Shown here: one piece after another, positions 1-10,033 of the stretch
Layout: each line of letters opens with the position of its first letter
How positions within the stretch are numbered: the first letter of the stretch is position 1
Source: a virus
Length of the DNA stretch: 64,000 bases
Reading direction: 5' to 3' (one strand)
IMG/VR virus record: IMGVR_UViG_3300042691_039521
Location: 16,528 to 80,527 of that record
Notes under the pieces: model-generated
Database searches by the model: none
Told to the model about the DNA's origin: nothing
Seen by the model: the letters and a program-made list of their open reading frames with translations, nothing else
Position numbers and translations under genes: made by a program

Positions 1-59
1 CGCTGTTCCGGCGTATTTGGTTAGGCTCCCTTCAGGTGATGGCTCTAAAAAGAATGACC

Positions 60-110
60 AAATCTCTCTTATGAGAATGCTTTTTTTCTCATGAGGGGGA
101 TTTAATTATT
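60..110 (+). terminator. Probable intrinsic terminator of the upstream transcription unit
   Basis: Inverted repeat AAATCTCTCTTATGAGAA (60-77) / TTCTCATGAGGGGGATTT (86-103) with G-U pairs, followed by an AT-rich tail. Confidence 0.55.
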
Positions 111-178
111 CACCGCTTAGGTTCCAGATAAAAAGAATAAGTCAGTATGTTTGTGCTGTCAATTCAACGGTTTGCGGT

Positions 179-207
179 TTGACTGAGTGCGAATTTTGTG
201 CTATAAT
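179..207 (+). promoter_or_regulatory. sigma70/sigmaA-type (early) promoter of the phage sigma gene
   Basis: TTGACT (179-184), 17 nt spacer, TATAAT (202-207), with TGTG extended -10. Confidence 0.8.
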
Positions 208-239
208 ATTGTGTAGTTTATTTGTTGAAAGGAGTATTC

Positions 240-1022
240 TTGATCTTAAAAAATAAGAAGAAATACTCTGAGCAGGAAAAAGAAATTCTTTGGAATAGAT
301 ATAGGGAAGATAGAAATAATGTAAAAGTTTTTAATGAACTTTTGGAAGCGTATCTTCCTTTGTTGGAAGTTATTGCTTCCAAATCCAAGTCGAATCTTCC
401 TTCTCAGATCGAAATTGGTGATTTGTTGAATGATGGGTTTTTTGGTTTAGTTGACGCTATTGAGCGTTTTGATGAAACTAAGGGCTGGAAATTTGAGACG
501 TATGCTTCTAACCGTATTCGTGGAGAAATCAACGATCGTCTTCGTGATTATGATTGGGTTTCTCGTTATTCTCGTTTGAAGTTTAAGCAGGTTTCTCAAA
601 CGGAAACTTTTTTGGTGGAAGAGTTGCAGCGCCAACCGACTTTACAGGATATTGCTGACCGTTTGGGTTGGGATGTATCTGAAGTGAGTAAGGTTCAGGC
701 AGCTTTTAATAATTCTTATTCTATCAATATTGATGAGTATATTTCAGATTCAACTCATGAATCATTTTCTTTGAGCGAGATGATTCCTGATAGTTCTGCC
801 GGTCAGGCTGGTTTTGATCTGGATGTTGATGATTTAACAAAAATTATTGAAAGAAAGATGTTTTCTCTTGCTGAACATGAATCTATTGTTGTTTTTCTTT
901 ATATTTATGAGAATATGACGTTTGAGGAAATTGCTGAGGCCACTGATTCTAAAGCATCGAAGGTTATGAAGATTTTCAATGAAGCTATTTCTAGTTTGAG
1001 AGAAAATCTTGGGGTTTATTGA
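240..1022 (+). CDS. RNA polymerase sigma factor, FliA/WhiG (sigma28) family
   Basis: Region 2 motifs DLLNDGFFGLVDAIERFD, KFETYASNRIRGEINDRLRDYDW; region 3 ELQRQPTLQDIADRLG; region 4 HTH MTFEEIAE. TTG at 240 preferred over 222 because AAGGAG lies at 229-234. Confidence 0.9.
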   Translation: MILKNKKKYSEQEKEILWNRYREDRNNVKVFNELLEAYLPLLEVIASKSKSNLPSQIEIGDLLNDGFFGLVDAIERFDETKGWKFETYASNRIRGEINDRLRDYDWVSRYSRLKFKQVSQTETFLVEELQRQPTLQDIADRLGWDVSEVSKVQAAFNNSYSINIDEYISDSTHESFSLSEMIPDSSAGQAGFDLDVDDLTKIIERKMFSLAEHESIVVFLYIYENMTFEEIAEATDSKASKVMKIFNEAISSLRENLGVY

Positions 1023-1069
1023 CGATAAATGATCTACACTATTAATATATTTTTAGCAGGGGAGTTGAA

Positions 1070-2920
1070 TTGAGTATTATCAAAAAAGGTGCTGATCCGG
1101 ATTATATCAATGATTTTTCGATGGCCTTATTGGATGGATTTTATTTATTAGAAGGAGAAACTTTTGATGACGCTATAGCTCGGGCGGCTGAGGCGTTTTG
1201 TTTCGGAGATTATCAACTTGCTCAAAGAATTTATGAAGCGGCTTGGAACGGTTGGTTCATGTTCGCTAGCCCTATTCTAAGTAACGCCCCTAAGGGTTCT
1301 TGGTCGATGGATATGACAGAGGCTTGGAAAGAAGGCGGCTTATTGACTAATGGTTTCGTTGGTGAGCACACCAAAGCTATGCCTATTAGTTGTTTCAGCA
1401 TGTATATTCCTGACACTATTGATGGTCAGATGGATGCAAATAAGGAACTTGCCGCCCTTTCTGTTGCCGGTGGCGGTGTAGGTTTGCACAACGGTATTCG
1501 TGCTACATCGAATAAGGCACCGGGACCAATTCCATACATGAAAACTATGGATGGTTTGATTGGGTACTATCAGCAGTCAAAGAATCGCCGTGGTGCTTGT
1601 GCTTATTATATGGATGTTTCTCATCCTGATATCATTGAACATATTCGTTTTCGCGTGCCATCTGGTGGGGATTCTGCTCGTAAGTCAGATAATCGCACAC
1701 AGTTTCACTCTGCTGTGAACATCACAGAAGATTTCATTCAAGCTGTTTTGGCTGATGAAGATTTTGATCTTGTATGTCCTCACACCAAAGAGGTTCGTGA
1801 AACCGTTCCTGCTCGTATGATTTGGGAAGAGATTCTTGAAACCCGTGCGTTAACAGGTGAGCCATATCTTTTCAAGATTGATACAACGAACAAAGCTCTT
1901 CCTAAAGCCCAGAAAAAACTTGGCTTAAAAGTTAATGGATCAAATATTTGCAGTGAGATTACTCTTCCCACTAGCGATGAAAGAACTTTTGTTTGTTGCC
2001 TATCTTCCTTGAACCTAGAAAAGTATGATGAGTGGGCTGATACAACCCTAGTTTCTGATTTGATCAGATATCTAGATAATGTTATTCAATATTTTATCGA
2101 ACAAGCTCCGGACGCTCTATCTAAGGCCGTGTATTCTGCTGGTCGTGAACGTGCTCTCGGTTTGGGTACGATGGGCTGGCACTACTATCTTCAATCAAAG
2201 GGTATTCCTTTTGAGGGCGGCGGTTTCGGTTCCGCTATTCAGGAAACACACATGATTTTCAAGAAGATCAAACAACAAGCCATAGCTGAATCAGAAAAGC
2301 TTGCTGTGGAACGGGGAGAAGCTCCCGATATGATCGGTACTGGTCGGCGTAACAGTCACCTTTTAGCTATAGCCCCAAATGCCAACAATTCTGTTATCGT
2401 TGGCACGTCGGCCAGTATCGAACCTGTTTCCGGTAACACGTATGCTCACTCTACTAGAGCGGGAACTTTTGTTGTGAAGAATCCTTACCTTCAGAGAATC
2501 TTTGAGTTTGCTGCTTGGGTCAAATTCTTAGAAGAAGATGAACGAGAGGCTTGGATAGAAGAACAATGGCGTGATGTTATAGCTCATGATGGCTCAGTTC
2601 AGCATCTTGATTTCTTAACCATTGAGGAAAAAGAAGTATTCAAAACAGCTTTCGAGATTGATCAACATTGGTTGATCGAACAGGCTGACGCACGCCAGCA
2701 GTATGTGTGTCAGTCACAGAGTCTCAACATCTTCTTCCCAGCGGGTGTTGATAGAACATACTTCAACTCTGTTCATCTAAAAGCTATGACAGCAGAGTAT
2801 GTTAAAGGTTTATACTATTCAAGAATGAAGAGAGGCGTTAATGCAGACGTTGTTAAAGAGATTGAAAGAAAAGTTATCGAAGACTGGGCCGGAGAAGACT
2901 GCGTGAGTTGCCATGGATAG
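1070..2920 (+). CDS. nrdA: Ribonucleotide reductase class Ia alpha subunit (no ATP cone)
   Basis: PISCF, GGGVG, GSNICSEI active-site loop, CCLSSLNL, LLAIAPNA, QSQSLNIFF, GLYY and C-terminal CxxC (CVSCHG). Confidence 0.95.
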   Translation: MSIIKKGADPDYINDFSMALLDGFYLLEGETFDDAIARAAEAFCFGDYQLAQRIYEAAWNGWFMFASPILSNAPKGSWSMDMTEAWKEGGLLTNGFVGEHTKAMPISCFSMYIPDTIDGQMDANKELAALSVAGGGVGLHNGIRATSNKAPGPIPYMKTMDGLIGYYQQSKNRRGACAYYMDVSHPDIIEHIRFRVPSGGDSARKSDNRTQFHSAVNITEDFIQAVLADEDFDLVCPHTKEVRETVPARMIWEEILETRALTGEPYLFKIDTTNKALPKAQKKLGLKVNGSNICSEITLPTSDERTFVCCLSSLNLEKYDEWADTTLVSDLIRYLDNVIQYFIEQAPDALSKAVYSAGRERALGLGTMGWHYYLQSKGIPFEGGGFGSAIQETHMIFKKIKQQAIAESEKLAVERGEAPDMIGTGRRNSHLLAIAPNANNSVIVGTSASIEPVSGNTYAHSTRAGTFVVKNPYLQRIFEFAAWVKFLEEDEREAWIEEQWRDVIAHDGSVQHLDFLTIEEKEVFKTAFEIDQHWLIEQADARQQYVCQSQSLNIFFPAGVDRTYFNSVHLKAMTAEYVKGLYYSRMKRGVNADVVKEIERKVIEDWAGEDCVSCHG

Positions 2921-3374
2921 GTTAGAGTTGTTTGAAGCTAAAATATCCAAAGGACCTGATTGTTGGATTTGGGATGGAGCAAGGTCTGGTAGGTACGGAT
3001 CATTTCATTTCCCAGAGTATCCATATCCTCGTAAAATGGTTTCAGCACATAAGGCTAGTCTATATCTGTATGAAGGTATAGCAACCTCTCCAGAACAGAA
3101 TGTTATGCATTCTTGTGATAATGGATTTTGTGTTAATCCAGATCATTTATCAGTTGGTACAAGATCTGATAATATGAAAGATATGGTTTCTAAGGGTAGA
3201 CATGTTATTCCAACTCAAAAACTAGATCAGGCAGACGTAATATGCGCCAGACAAATGCGTAGAAGCGGAGTTCAAGTGAAAGAAATTGCAGAGGTTTTTA
3301 ATATATCACCATCGCAAATGACTAGATTAACATCTGGGGTTTTGCCTAAATGGACAAGGAATGCATGGGTATGA
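2913..3374 (+). CDS. Free-standing HNH homing endonuclease with C-terminal HTH
   Basis: CWIWDG..YG, AHK, VMHSCDNGFCVNPDHL..GT..DN (HNH_3 type); C-terminal VKEIAEVFNIS HTH; overlaps both nrdA and nrdB. Confidence 0.9.
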   Translation: MDRLELFEAKISKGPDCWIWDGARSGRYGSFHFPEYPYPRKMVSAHKASLYLYEGIATSPEQNVMHSCDNGFCVNPDHLSVGTRSDNMKDMVSKGRHVIPTQKLDQADVICARQMRRSGVQVKEIAEVFNISPSQMTRLTSGVLPKWTRNAWV

Positions 3375-4345
3375 GTCTAACTAAATATTCAGAAGTATAT
3401 ACTCCAACATATGTGCAGTTTGTCGAGTTAACTGTCAAGCACGAAAAAGTACACTGGTTCGAATCGGAAGCTAAACTTGGTGCTGATGTGACACAGTGGA
3501 AGAACGGTAAAATCACTGATGAGGAAAAGAATCTTATTTCTAATATTCTTAGACTCTTCACACAATCTGATGTTTCGGTTGGACAGGGCTACTATGAGAA
3601 ACTGATTCCGGTCATCAAAAATAATGAGGCCAGAAACATGTTGGGTTCTTTTGCCGCCCGTGAAGCTATCCATCAGCGGGCATATGCGCTTCTATCTGAT
3701 ACCCTCGGTTTCGGAGAGGACTTCTATTTCGAGTTTCTTGACTACAAAGAAATGAAAGATAAACACGAATTCATGATCGAAGACATAGGTAAGACACAGA
3801 AAGACTTTGCTGTTTACCTCGCTAAGCAGACACTTATAGAGGGCGTAACCCTTTTCGCTAGCTTCGCTATGCTACTGAACTTTGATCGCTTAGGGAAGCT
3901 TCCAGGCATGTGTGACGTGGTTCGCTGGTCAATGGTAGACGAGTCAATTCACATTGAAGGCAACTGTGCCTTATTCAGAGAGTTTTTAGAAGAACACCCT
4001 AATATTGTTGACGATGATTTCAAAAAAGAGATATATGAAACAGCAAGAAAACTTGTAAAACTAGAAGACTCCTTTATTGATAGGGCTTTTAAGCTCGGTG
4101 GCGTCGATAACTTAGATAAGGAAGACATTAAAAAATATGTGAGATATGTTGCTGATTATCGACTGAATCAATTAGGCTTTAAAAAGAATTGGCACGTTAA
4201 GACAAACCCACTAGATTGGATTGATGGACTTATGGGAACAACACACGGAAACTTCTTTGAACGCTCTATTTCCGAGTATCAGAAAGCTAATTTGGATGGA
4301 TCATTTTTAGAAGCCTATGGAATGTATGTGAAAGAAAATGCCTAG
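3371..4345 (+). CDS. nrdB: Ribonucleotide reductase class Ia beta subunit
   Basis: HW..E, FTQSD, EAIHQRAY (radical Tyr), EGVTLFASF, DESIH, NFFE; start at 3371 makes an ATGA overlap with the HNH stop. Confidence 0.95.
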   Translation: MSLTKYSEVYTPTYVQFVELTVKHEKVHWFESEAKLGADVTQWKNGKITDEEKNLISNILRLFTQSDVSVGQGYYEKLIPVIKNNEARNMLGSFAAREAIHQRAYALLSDTLGFGEDFYFEFLDYKEMKDKHEFMIEDIGKTQKDFAVYLAKQTLIEGVTLFASFAMLLNFDRLGKLPGMCDVVRWSMVDESIHIEGNCALFREFLEEHPNIVDDDFKKEIYETARKLVKLEDSFIDRAFKLGGVDNLDKEDIKKYVRYVADYRLNQLGFKKNWHVKTNPLDWIDGLMGTTHGNFFERSISEYQKANLDGSFLEAYGMYVKENA

Positions 4346-4700
4346 AGAATATTCACCCTTTCTATCTGAGTTACAACCAACGGAAAAGACAACCGGTAAA
4401 AGAACTTATGATCCAAAACAAATCTATCAATATCTATTTGACAATACGGACAGATATGGTATAATTATATATACGCAAGCAGAGCTAGCGGAAGCCATTA
4501 AGATAAGATATGAAACTATGAATTATATTATAAGTGATTTTATATCTGTTGGCTTTATAGAAAAAGTTAATAAAAAAACCTTTAGAATTTTACAACATCC
4601 TGATAAAATTGAATGGACAGAAGAACTGTACAAGAGATTATCTGAATTGCGTAAAACACATCAAACATATTATAGAAGAAAAAACAAACAAGGAGAATAA
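4338..4700 (+). CDS. Winged-HTH DNA-binding protein
   Basis: YTQAELAEAIKIRYETMNYIISDFISVGFI resembles a Crp-like HTH. Confidence 0.5.
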   Translation: MPREYSPFLSELQPTEKTTGKRTYDPKQIYQYLFDNTDRYGIIIYTQAELAEAIKIRYETMNYIISDFISVGFIEKVNKKTFRILQHPDKIEWTEELYKRLSELRKTHQTYYRRKNKQGE

Positions 4701-4702
4701 AT

Positions 4703-5008
4703 ATGACAGAAGCACTTAATGCGGTAGCCTCTTGGCTTCCTATTGTAGCATTCTTTCTGCCACTAATTGTTGGGTTGGTTTCAAAATCAACACTATCATC
4801 TTCTGGTAAGGCTGTAGTCATGCTCGTGCTTACGGGTGTTGCTGCATTAGCTAGCCAGGTAGATACTAATTCAGGTATCTTGACTCTAGAGATGGCAACA
4901 ACATGGATTGGTACAATGATTGTTACCGTAGCCTCATACTATGGCGTATGGAACCCACTCGGGGCTGGCAACATTGCCCCAGAAGTAGGTATTGGTCCTT
5001 CATCTTGA
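4703..5008 (+). CDS. Holin-like membrane protein
   Basis: 101 aa with three hydrophobic segments; C-terminal VASYYGVWNP resembles actinophage holins; strong RBS AAGGAG. Confidence 0.6.
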   Translation: MTEALNAVASWLPIVAFFLPLIVGLVSKSTLSSSGKAVVMLVLTGVAALASQVDTNSGILTLEMATTWIGTMIVTVASYYGVWNPLGAGNIAPEVGIGPSS

Positions 5009-5017
5009 GGAAAGGAG

Positions 5018-5047
5018 GTAAGGGGGTGAAAAGCCCCCTTATTTCTA
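5018..5047 (+). terminator. Probable intrinsic terminator
   Basis: TAAGGGGG-TGAAAAG-CCCCCTTA hairpin followed by TTTCTATTT. Confidence 0.6.
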
Positions 5048-5048
5048 T

Positions 5049-5381
5049 TTGGATGCTAAAATAGTTCTAACAAAAGCAATAGACTCTATGACTGAAGCCC
5101 TTGATTCAATAGGGCTTTATGTGATTGACTGCAATATGCTCATTCAGAGTACAAAACACTATTCAAATCTTGAGGATCTGAAAAGTGATGTATTAAACAA
5201 ACAAGCTTCTATTATTCTAGATGTTGATTGCTTCATGGGAAATGCCGCTTGGAGACAGGACGCTCCCTTTATGCCAGAAATTTTAAATCCAACAGATTTT
5301 CTTAATGAAGTTATGTCTATAGATATTGGTGACATAGCTTCGATTTTGAAAGAAAAGAAAAATGAAACCTTCGACGGCTAA
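5049..5381 (+). CDS. Hypothetical protein
   Basis: 110 aa ORF filling the gap and overlapping the next gene; start uncertain (no clear RBS). Confidence 0.55.
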   Translation: MDAKIVLTKAIDSMTEALDSIGLYVIDCNMLIQSTKHYSNLEDLKSDVLNKQASIILDVDCFMGNAAWRQDAPFMPEILNPTDFLNEVMSIDIGDIASILKEKKNETFDG

Positions 5382-5730
5382 AACTAAGGGCGCAAAAACT
5401 GAAGCAGATTTTGTTGACTGGATCAAATTACGTGGTGTTCCAAATGCTGAACGCAGACATTTATCTGGTCAGTACGATAAAGGTGACGTTGCTGGTTGGG
5501 TTAAGGGAAATGGTGAAAAAAGTGTTTGTGTTGAAGTTAAATCAGGTGGTTCTCTGAAGATTCCTGCTTGGATAAAGGAGCTTGACGCAGAGGTAAAAAA
5601 TGCACAGGCTGATATTGGTTTCATTGCAATTCGTCCTAGTGGAAAACCAAAGGTTGAAGACTGGTGGGCTGTTCTCCCAATTCCGGAAATGATGCGCCTT
5701 CTTGAAGAAGCAGGATATATTCCAACATGA
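5362..5730 (+). CDS. Holliday junction resolvase (PD-(D/E)XK, actinophage type)
   Basis: KTKG...E, AERR...G..DKGDV, CVEVKS, W.KE...E..NA motifs. Confidence 0.8.
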   Translation: MKPSTAKTKGAKTEADFVDWIKLRGVPNAERRHLSGQYDKGDVAGWVKGNGEKSVCVEVKSGGSLKIPAWIKELDAEVKNAQADIGFIAIRPSGKPKVEDWWAVLPIPEMMRLLEEAGYIPT

Positions 5731-6425
5731 AGATTGTTGTTGGCTGTCCCACCAGAAATAGAACATGGATTCTAGAAAAATGGCGCGACCATGTAGAGTT
5801 AGCAACCCCAGGTAATTGGGATTTAGAGTACTTATTTGTTGTTGGCGATAATGATCGTGAAACTATAGAGATGCTCTCTTCTTGGAAGAGAGCAAATATT
5901 ATCTATGTTGAAGAACAAGATCCAGGCATGAAGCGAACTTGGAATTCTAGTCGATATGATCACATGGTTTTTTTGAGAAACACTCTTTTGGATTCGGTGC
6001 GACACATTAATCCAGATCTTTTTCTCAGCCTTGATTCGGATATTCTACTTGGACAAAACACTCTAAGAGAGATGTACGAAACTGCTGTAGAGTATGAATT
6101 TGACGCTGTAGGCGGCTTGACTTGGTTGGACCCAATCGACCCTAAGTGTACAAATATTGCTTCTTGGGTTGGTTCAGATATGAAAGGCTTTAAGAGGGTT
6201 ATCTCTAGGGGACATCATAAAGTTGATATCATAATGGCTATAAAACTGATGCTACCTTCAGCATATAATGTAGAGTATGCTTATCATAGAATGGGTGAAG
6301 ATCTGGGTTGGAGTAAGAATATGTTTTTGAATCAAAAACGCATTGGAATGGATGGAAGAACTCCAAGTAAACACATTATGAAACCCGAGTATTTGAATAT
6401 GATTGATAAAAGGCTTTCTTGGTGA
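5727..6425 (+). CDS. Glycosyltransferase, GT-A/GT2-like
   Basis: IVVGCPTRNR start, LRN..L, FLSLDSD (DxD), GEDLGWS. Confidence 0.8.
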   Translation: MKIVVGCPTRNRTWILEKWRDHVELATPGNWDLEYLFVVGDNDRETIEMLSSWKRANIIYVEEQDPGMKRTWNSSRYDHMVFLRNTLLDSVRHINPDLFLSLDSDILLGQNTLREMYETAVEYEFDAVGGLTWLDPIDPKCTNIASWVGSDMKGFKRVISRGHHKVDIIMAIKLMLPSAYNVEYAYHRMGEDLGWSKNMFLNQKRIGMDGRTPSKHIMKPEYLNMIDKRLSW

Positions 6426-7174
6426 AATTATTCTTGATGTTAGTGACCAAAAATGAATCATCAAGATATCTTCAAAAGTTTATAGAACACCACAACTTCT
6501 TTGATGATGTTTTCGTCTACGACGATAGATCGGATGATCAAACAGTTGAACTCGCTCGCTCAGCGGGCTGGAGGGTTGTGATTAGGCAAGAAGATGAACC
6601 CTCCTTTATGGAGCACGAAGGAAAGTTTAGATTTAATTCGTGGAAAAGCTTTGAAGAAAATATGCATCCCGAATATGGCGACTGGATACTTTCAATAGAT
6701 GCAGATGAATTTATTATCACAGAATCTGATTTAACAATTAAAGAAAATATACTAGAAGAAATAAAGAAAGCCGAAGATGCTAATCATCATTTAATTAGAA
6801 TTCTCCGACGAGAAATTTGGAAAATGGATGAAACAGGTTGCTTCTTAAGGGTTGACGGATTCTGGAAAAATGATATAATATATAGATTGTTTAAATACAA
6901 AGAAAATGGAACCTGGAGTAAAAAGCCCATGGGCTGTGGATCTGCTCCAACATATGTGGGAATGAATGGACGGCTTAGCCAGAATCTTTTTGTGCTTCAT
7001 TTTGGTTATACTAATTCGGATGATAGACAAACTAGATATGATAGATATATTTCACTTCCAGATCATGGGCATAACGATCAACACATTAAATCAATCATAA
7101 AGAATCCGGTGCTAAAGAAGTATTCAGGACCTAAACCGGAATGGGTAGATAGGGAGATAAGTGAAGCAGTATAG
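6419..7174 (+). CDS. Glycosyltransferase family 2
   Basis: VTKNE, VYDDRSDDQT, WILSIDADEF, RLFK, LHFGY. Confidence 0.85.
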   Translation: MVKLFLMLVTKNESSRYLQKFIEHHNFFDDVFVYDDRSDDQTVELARSAGWRVVIRQEDEPSFMEHEGKFRFNSWKSFEENMHPEYGDWILSIDADEFIITESDLTIKENILEEIKKAEDANHHLIRILRREIWKMDETGCFLRVDGFWKNDIIYRLFKYKENGTWSKKPMGCGSAPTYVGMNGRLSQNLFVLHFGYTNSDDRQTRYDRYISLPDHGHNDQHIKSIIKNPVLKKYSGPKPEWVDREISEAV

Positions 7175-7973
7175 CTTTAAACAACTTGGTGATGTAGGTA
7201 GATTGGGTAATCAGCTATTCCAAATAGCTTGGACATATGCACAAGCTAAGGCTCATGGTGGAGATGTCTGTATTATTCCTAATTGGGATTATAAGCCATT
7301 CTTTAGAATTCCAGAAGAATTCTATAGGGAAGCTGGACCAAGATCTATAGATGGAGGAAGAGAGTTTTACCAAGATTTAGATTATTGGAATGGATATCAT
7401 CAAGATATATGGCATATGTTTCAACCTTCTAATGAAGCAATGGATAGAGTTATAGACTCTTTTGGTCTTGATCTATTCTCAACATTTGATGGAGCATGTT
7501 CTGTGCATTATCGACGCGGCGATTATCTAAACAACCCAAATCATTTCCCCACCTTACCAGATTCATATTATGAATCTGCAATGAAAAAGGTCTTAGAAAA
7601 AAGGGAAGATACAATATTTTGGGTATTTTCTGATGGTATACCTTTTGTGCGAAATGCTCACTTACAATCTGATTTTACAAAATCATTACTTGAGAATGAT
7701 CAGATTATGTACTATCAAGGAGTCGTAACGCCAATACCCCCAAGTCAGAGAACCAGTGAGCCTTTAGACTGGATAGATATGTTTGCCATGTCGTTTTGTA
7801 AGGATCACATAATAGCCAACTCCACATTTTCGTGGTGGTCAGCTTTTCTTTCTGGCCCAGGAGAAACTTTTTTCCCATCCAAATGGTTTGGGACCCACCC
7901 GGCAGTAAGAGATATACCATGGAGAAAAATGATACCAGAAGAATGGAGTGAATGTAATGTTGATGGACTTTAA
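7161..7973 (+). CDS. Alpha-1,2-fucosyltransferase-like glycosyltransferase (GT11)
   Basis: GRLGNQLFQ, SVHYRRGDY, FSD, D..AMS.C..HIIANSTFSWWSAFL, P..W: the GT11 motifs. Confidence 0.92.
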   Translation: MKQYSFKQLGDVGRLGNQLFQIAWTYAQAKAHGGDVCIIPNWDYKPFFRIPEEFYREAGPRSIDGGREFYQDLDYWNGYHQDIWHMFQPSNEAMDRVIDSFGLDLFSTFDGACSVHYRRGDYLNNPNHFPTLPDSYYESAMKKVLEKREDTIFWVFSDGIPFVRNAHLQSDFTKSLLENDQIMYYQGVVTPIPPSQRTSEPLDWIDMFAMSFCKDHIIANSTFSWWSAFLSGPGETFFPSKWFGTHPAVRDIPWRKMIPEEWSECNVDGL

Positions 7974-8592
7974 TCAAGTTTATAAAAAATACAAGTTGCA
8001 AATAAATGGGGTACTACATGTTGGCGCACATTATGCCGAGGAAGCCAAGTTATATTCAGACCATAAAACTGGTCCAGTATGGTGGATAGAAGCTAATCCC
8101 GAGGTCCAGAGCCTCATTAAGAATAACCTTAGAGGTTTTCCTAACCAAACATTAATTGAAGCTTTAGTTTTTTCTGAGGATGGGATAGAGAAGAATTTTA
8201 ATGTTACAAACTATGGTGGAATGTCATCTTCTATATACGAGTTTGGAACACATACGTCCTTTAGTCCAGATATTCATTTTGAAAAGACTCTAAAATTGAA
8301 GACTAAAACTATTGATTCTATATGGAAAGAAAATAAGATAGAAGCAAACTTTATGAACATGGATCTACAAGGAGCAGAGGGGCCAGCCTTGCGAGGGGCT
8401 GTAGATTCTATTCCAAAACTTGACTACGTAATGACAGAGGTAAACAAAGCAGAAGTATACGTAGGTTGTACTCAGATCGGTGAAATAGACGAGATTCTAT
8501 CTGATTTTAAACGGGTTGAAACATTCTGGGTTGGGAACCAAGGTTGGGGTGACGCTCTTTATATACGCAAAACACTATTGGGAGGCAAATAA
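7948..8592 (+). CDS. FkbM-family SAM methyltransferase
   Basis: VLHVGAH..EE, IEANP, SSSIYE, MDLQGAE, TEVN..EVY, WGDALY. Confidence 0.88.
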   Translation: MNVMLMDFNQVYKKYKLQINGVLHVGAHYAEEAKLYSDHKTGPVWWIEANPEVQSLIKNNLRGFPNQTLIEALVFSEDGIEKNFNVTNYGGMSSSIYEFGTHTSFSPDIHFEKTLKLKTKTIDSIWKENKIEANFMNMDLQGAEGPALRGAVDSIPKLDYVMTEVNKAEVYVGCTQIGEIDEILSDFKRVETFWVGNQGWGDALYIRKTLLGGK

Positions 8593-9335
8593 TGATGACA
8601 GATATTCACGTTTTGATTCCTTCGTACAACTGCTTGGAATGGATCGAAAGATGCCTAGACTCACTCTATAGTCAAACCACGCAGCCAGTGAAAGTTTTGG
8701 TTATAGACGATGCTTCAACAGAAGAGGGGTATGCGGAAAAGGCTCTAGAGGAATGTCAGAAACATGGGTATATGTATCTACGCAATGATGTGAATGAAAA
8801 GTGTCCATATAACCTTTGGCTCGGAGCTAAGATTCTGAATCCTAATCCAGATGATGTTATTTTTCTTTTAGATGGAGATGATTTTCTCCCTCACGAAAAT
8901 GTGCTATCTCGGATTCAAGAAGTATATCAAGATCCAGATGTTTGGATGACATATGGAAATTATGTTCCATATCCAAAGAATACAGGGCAAACCCTAGCCT
9001 CAGCTTATCCTCCAAAAATTATTAAGAATAGAGATTTTCGTACAGGGGGTAACCATTTTAATCATCCAATTACTTTCCGTAGATTCTTATTTGATGAGAT
9101 TACAGAAGAAGATTTAAAAACAAATGATGGAAGATGGTTTCGTGGCGGCTATGATTATGCTATTATTGTGCCAATGTTAGAAATGGCAACTGGCGAGCAC
9201 TATAGATTCTTAAACGAAGTTCTCTATAGCTATAATGCTGTTAACCCAATTTCTGATTCGAAAGTAAATATTGACTTAATTCATGAGACAAATCAACTAG
9301 TTAATCGGCCAAAAAGAGAGGTTCTTAATAGATGA
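8592..9335 (+). CDS. Glycosyltransferase family 2
   Basis: IPSYNC..WIERCLDS, VIDDASTE, LLDGDDFL, WMTYG, H..TFR..LF. Confidence 0.88.
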   Translation: MMTDIHVLIPSYNCLEWIERCLDSLYSQTTQPVKVLVIDDASTEEGYAEKALEECQKHGYMYLRNDVNEKCPYNLWLGAKILNPNPDDVIFLLDGDDFLPHENVLSRIQEVYQDPDVWMTYGNYVPYPKNTGQTLASAYPPKIIKNRDFRTGGNHFNHPITFRRFLFDEITEEDLKTNDGRWFRGGYDYAIIVPMLEMATGEHYRFLNEVLYSYNAVNPISDSKVNIDLIHETNQLVNRPKREVLNR

Positions 9336-10033
9336 ATTTATTCAAGGATTCCGTTGAGAAGTTTCCTAATTATAATTCACAGCACGGTGAAGATAAAATT
9401 ATTGCAGGTATATTTGATCGTATAGGCGAGGGACAAAAAAGATGTATGGAATTTGGTGCTGCAGATGGAGTATTTTGTTCTAACACCTATCCTCTATGGC
9501 ATATGCGTGGATGGTCTGCTACCTTGATTGAGTCAGATGAAGCACTATTTAGTCAGTTGAAAGATAGGGTTGACGGTAATGATAAAATTGAAATCATTAA
9601 TGCCGAGGTGAATAACGTTGATGATTTTGTAGATTATGAATTAGATTTATTATCTATTGATGTTGACGGCGAAGACTATGACATATGGGATGCTACAACA
9701 ATTCGTCACAGAGTTGTTGTGATAGAGCACAACCCCACGTTCCCACTACATGTTTGGTATCATGGCGGAAGATGGCAGGGTTGCTCTGCTAGGTCTTTGC
9801 ATCACTTAGCTGTTTCAAAGGGTTATAGATTAGTATCTGCAACCAAGACTAATCTAATCTTCGTAAGAGAAGAGGAAGCTTCTTTTATGAATGAGTTCGA
9901 TGATACACTTGAAGCGAATTTTGATGACAGTCAATTAAATTACGTTATTACAGATTATCAAGGAAATTTTGATGTAGTTGGAGAGCTTCCTTACGGGATG
10001 ATTCACAGAGAAAAGATGGGGTTTCATGTCTGA
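9332..10033 (+). CDS. FkbM-like SAM methyltransferase
   Basis: SQHGED.I, EFGAADG..SNT, LIESD, LLSIDVDGEDY, VVIEHNP, KGY.LV..T.TNLIFV. Confidence 0.85.
   Translation: MNLFKDSVEKFPNYNSQHGEDKIIAGIFDRIGEGQKRCMEFGAADGVFCSNTYPLWHMRGWSATLIESDEALFSQLKDRVDGNDKIEIINAEVNNVDDFVDYELDLLSIDVDGEDYDIWDATTIRHRVVVIEHNPTFPLHVWYHGGRWQGCSARSLHHLAVSKGYRLVSATKTNLIFVREEEASFMNEFDDTLEANFDDSQLNYVITDYQGNFDVVGELPYGMIHREKMGFHV

Noticed and set aside
1070-4345. Group I intron or intein in nrdA/nrdB, terminase or helicase
   Set aside because: The proteins are contiguous and of normal length with no intein C1/HN motifs; the HNH gene lies between the nrd genes, not within them
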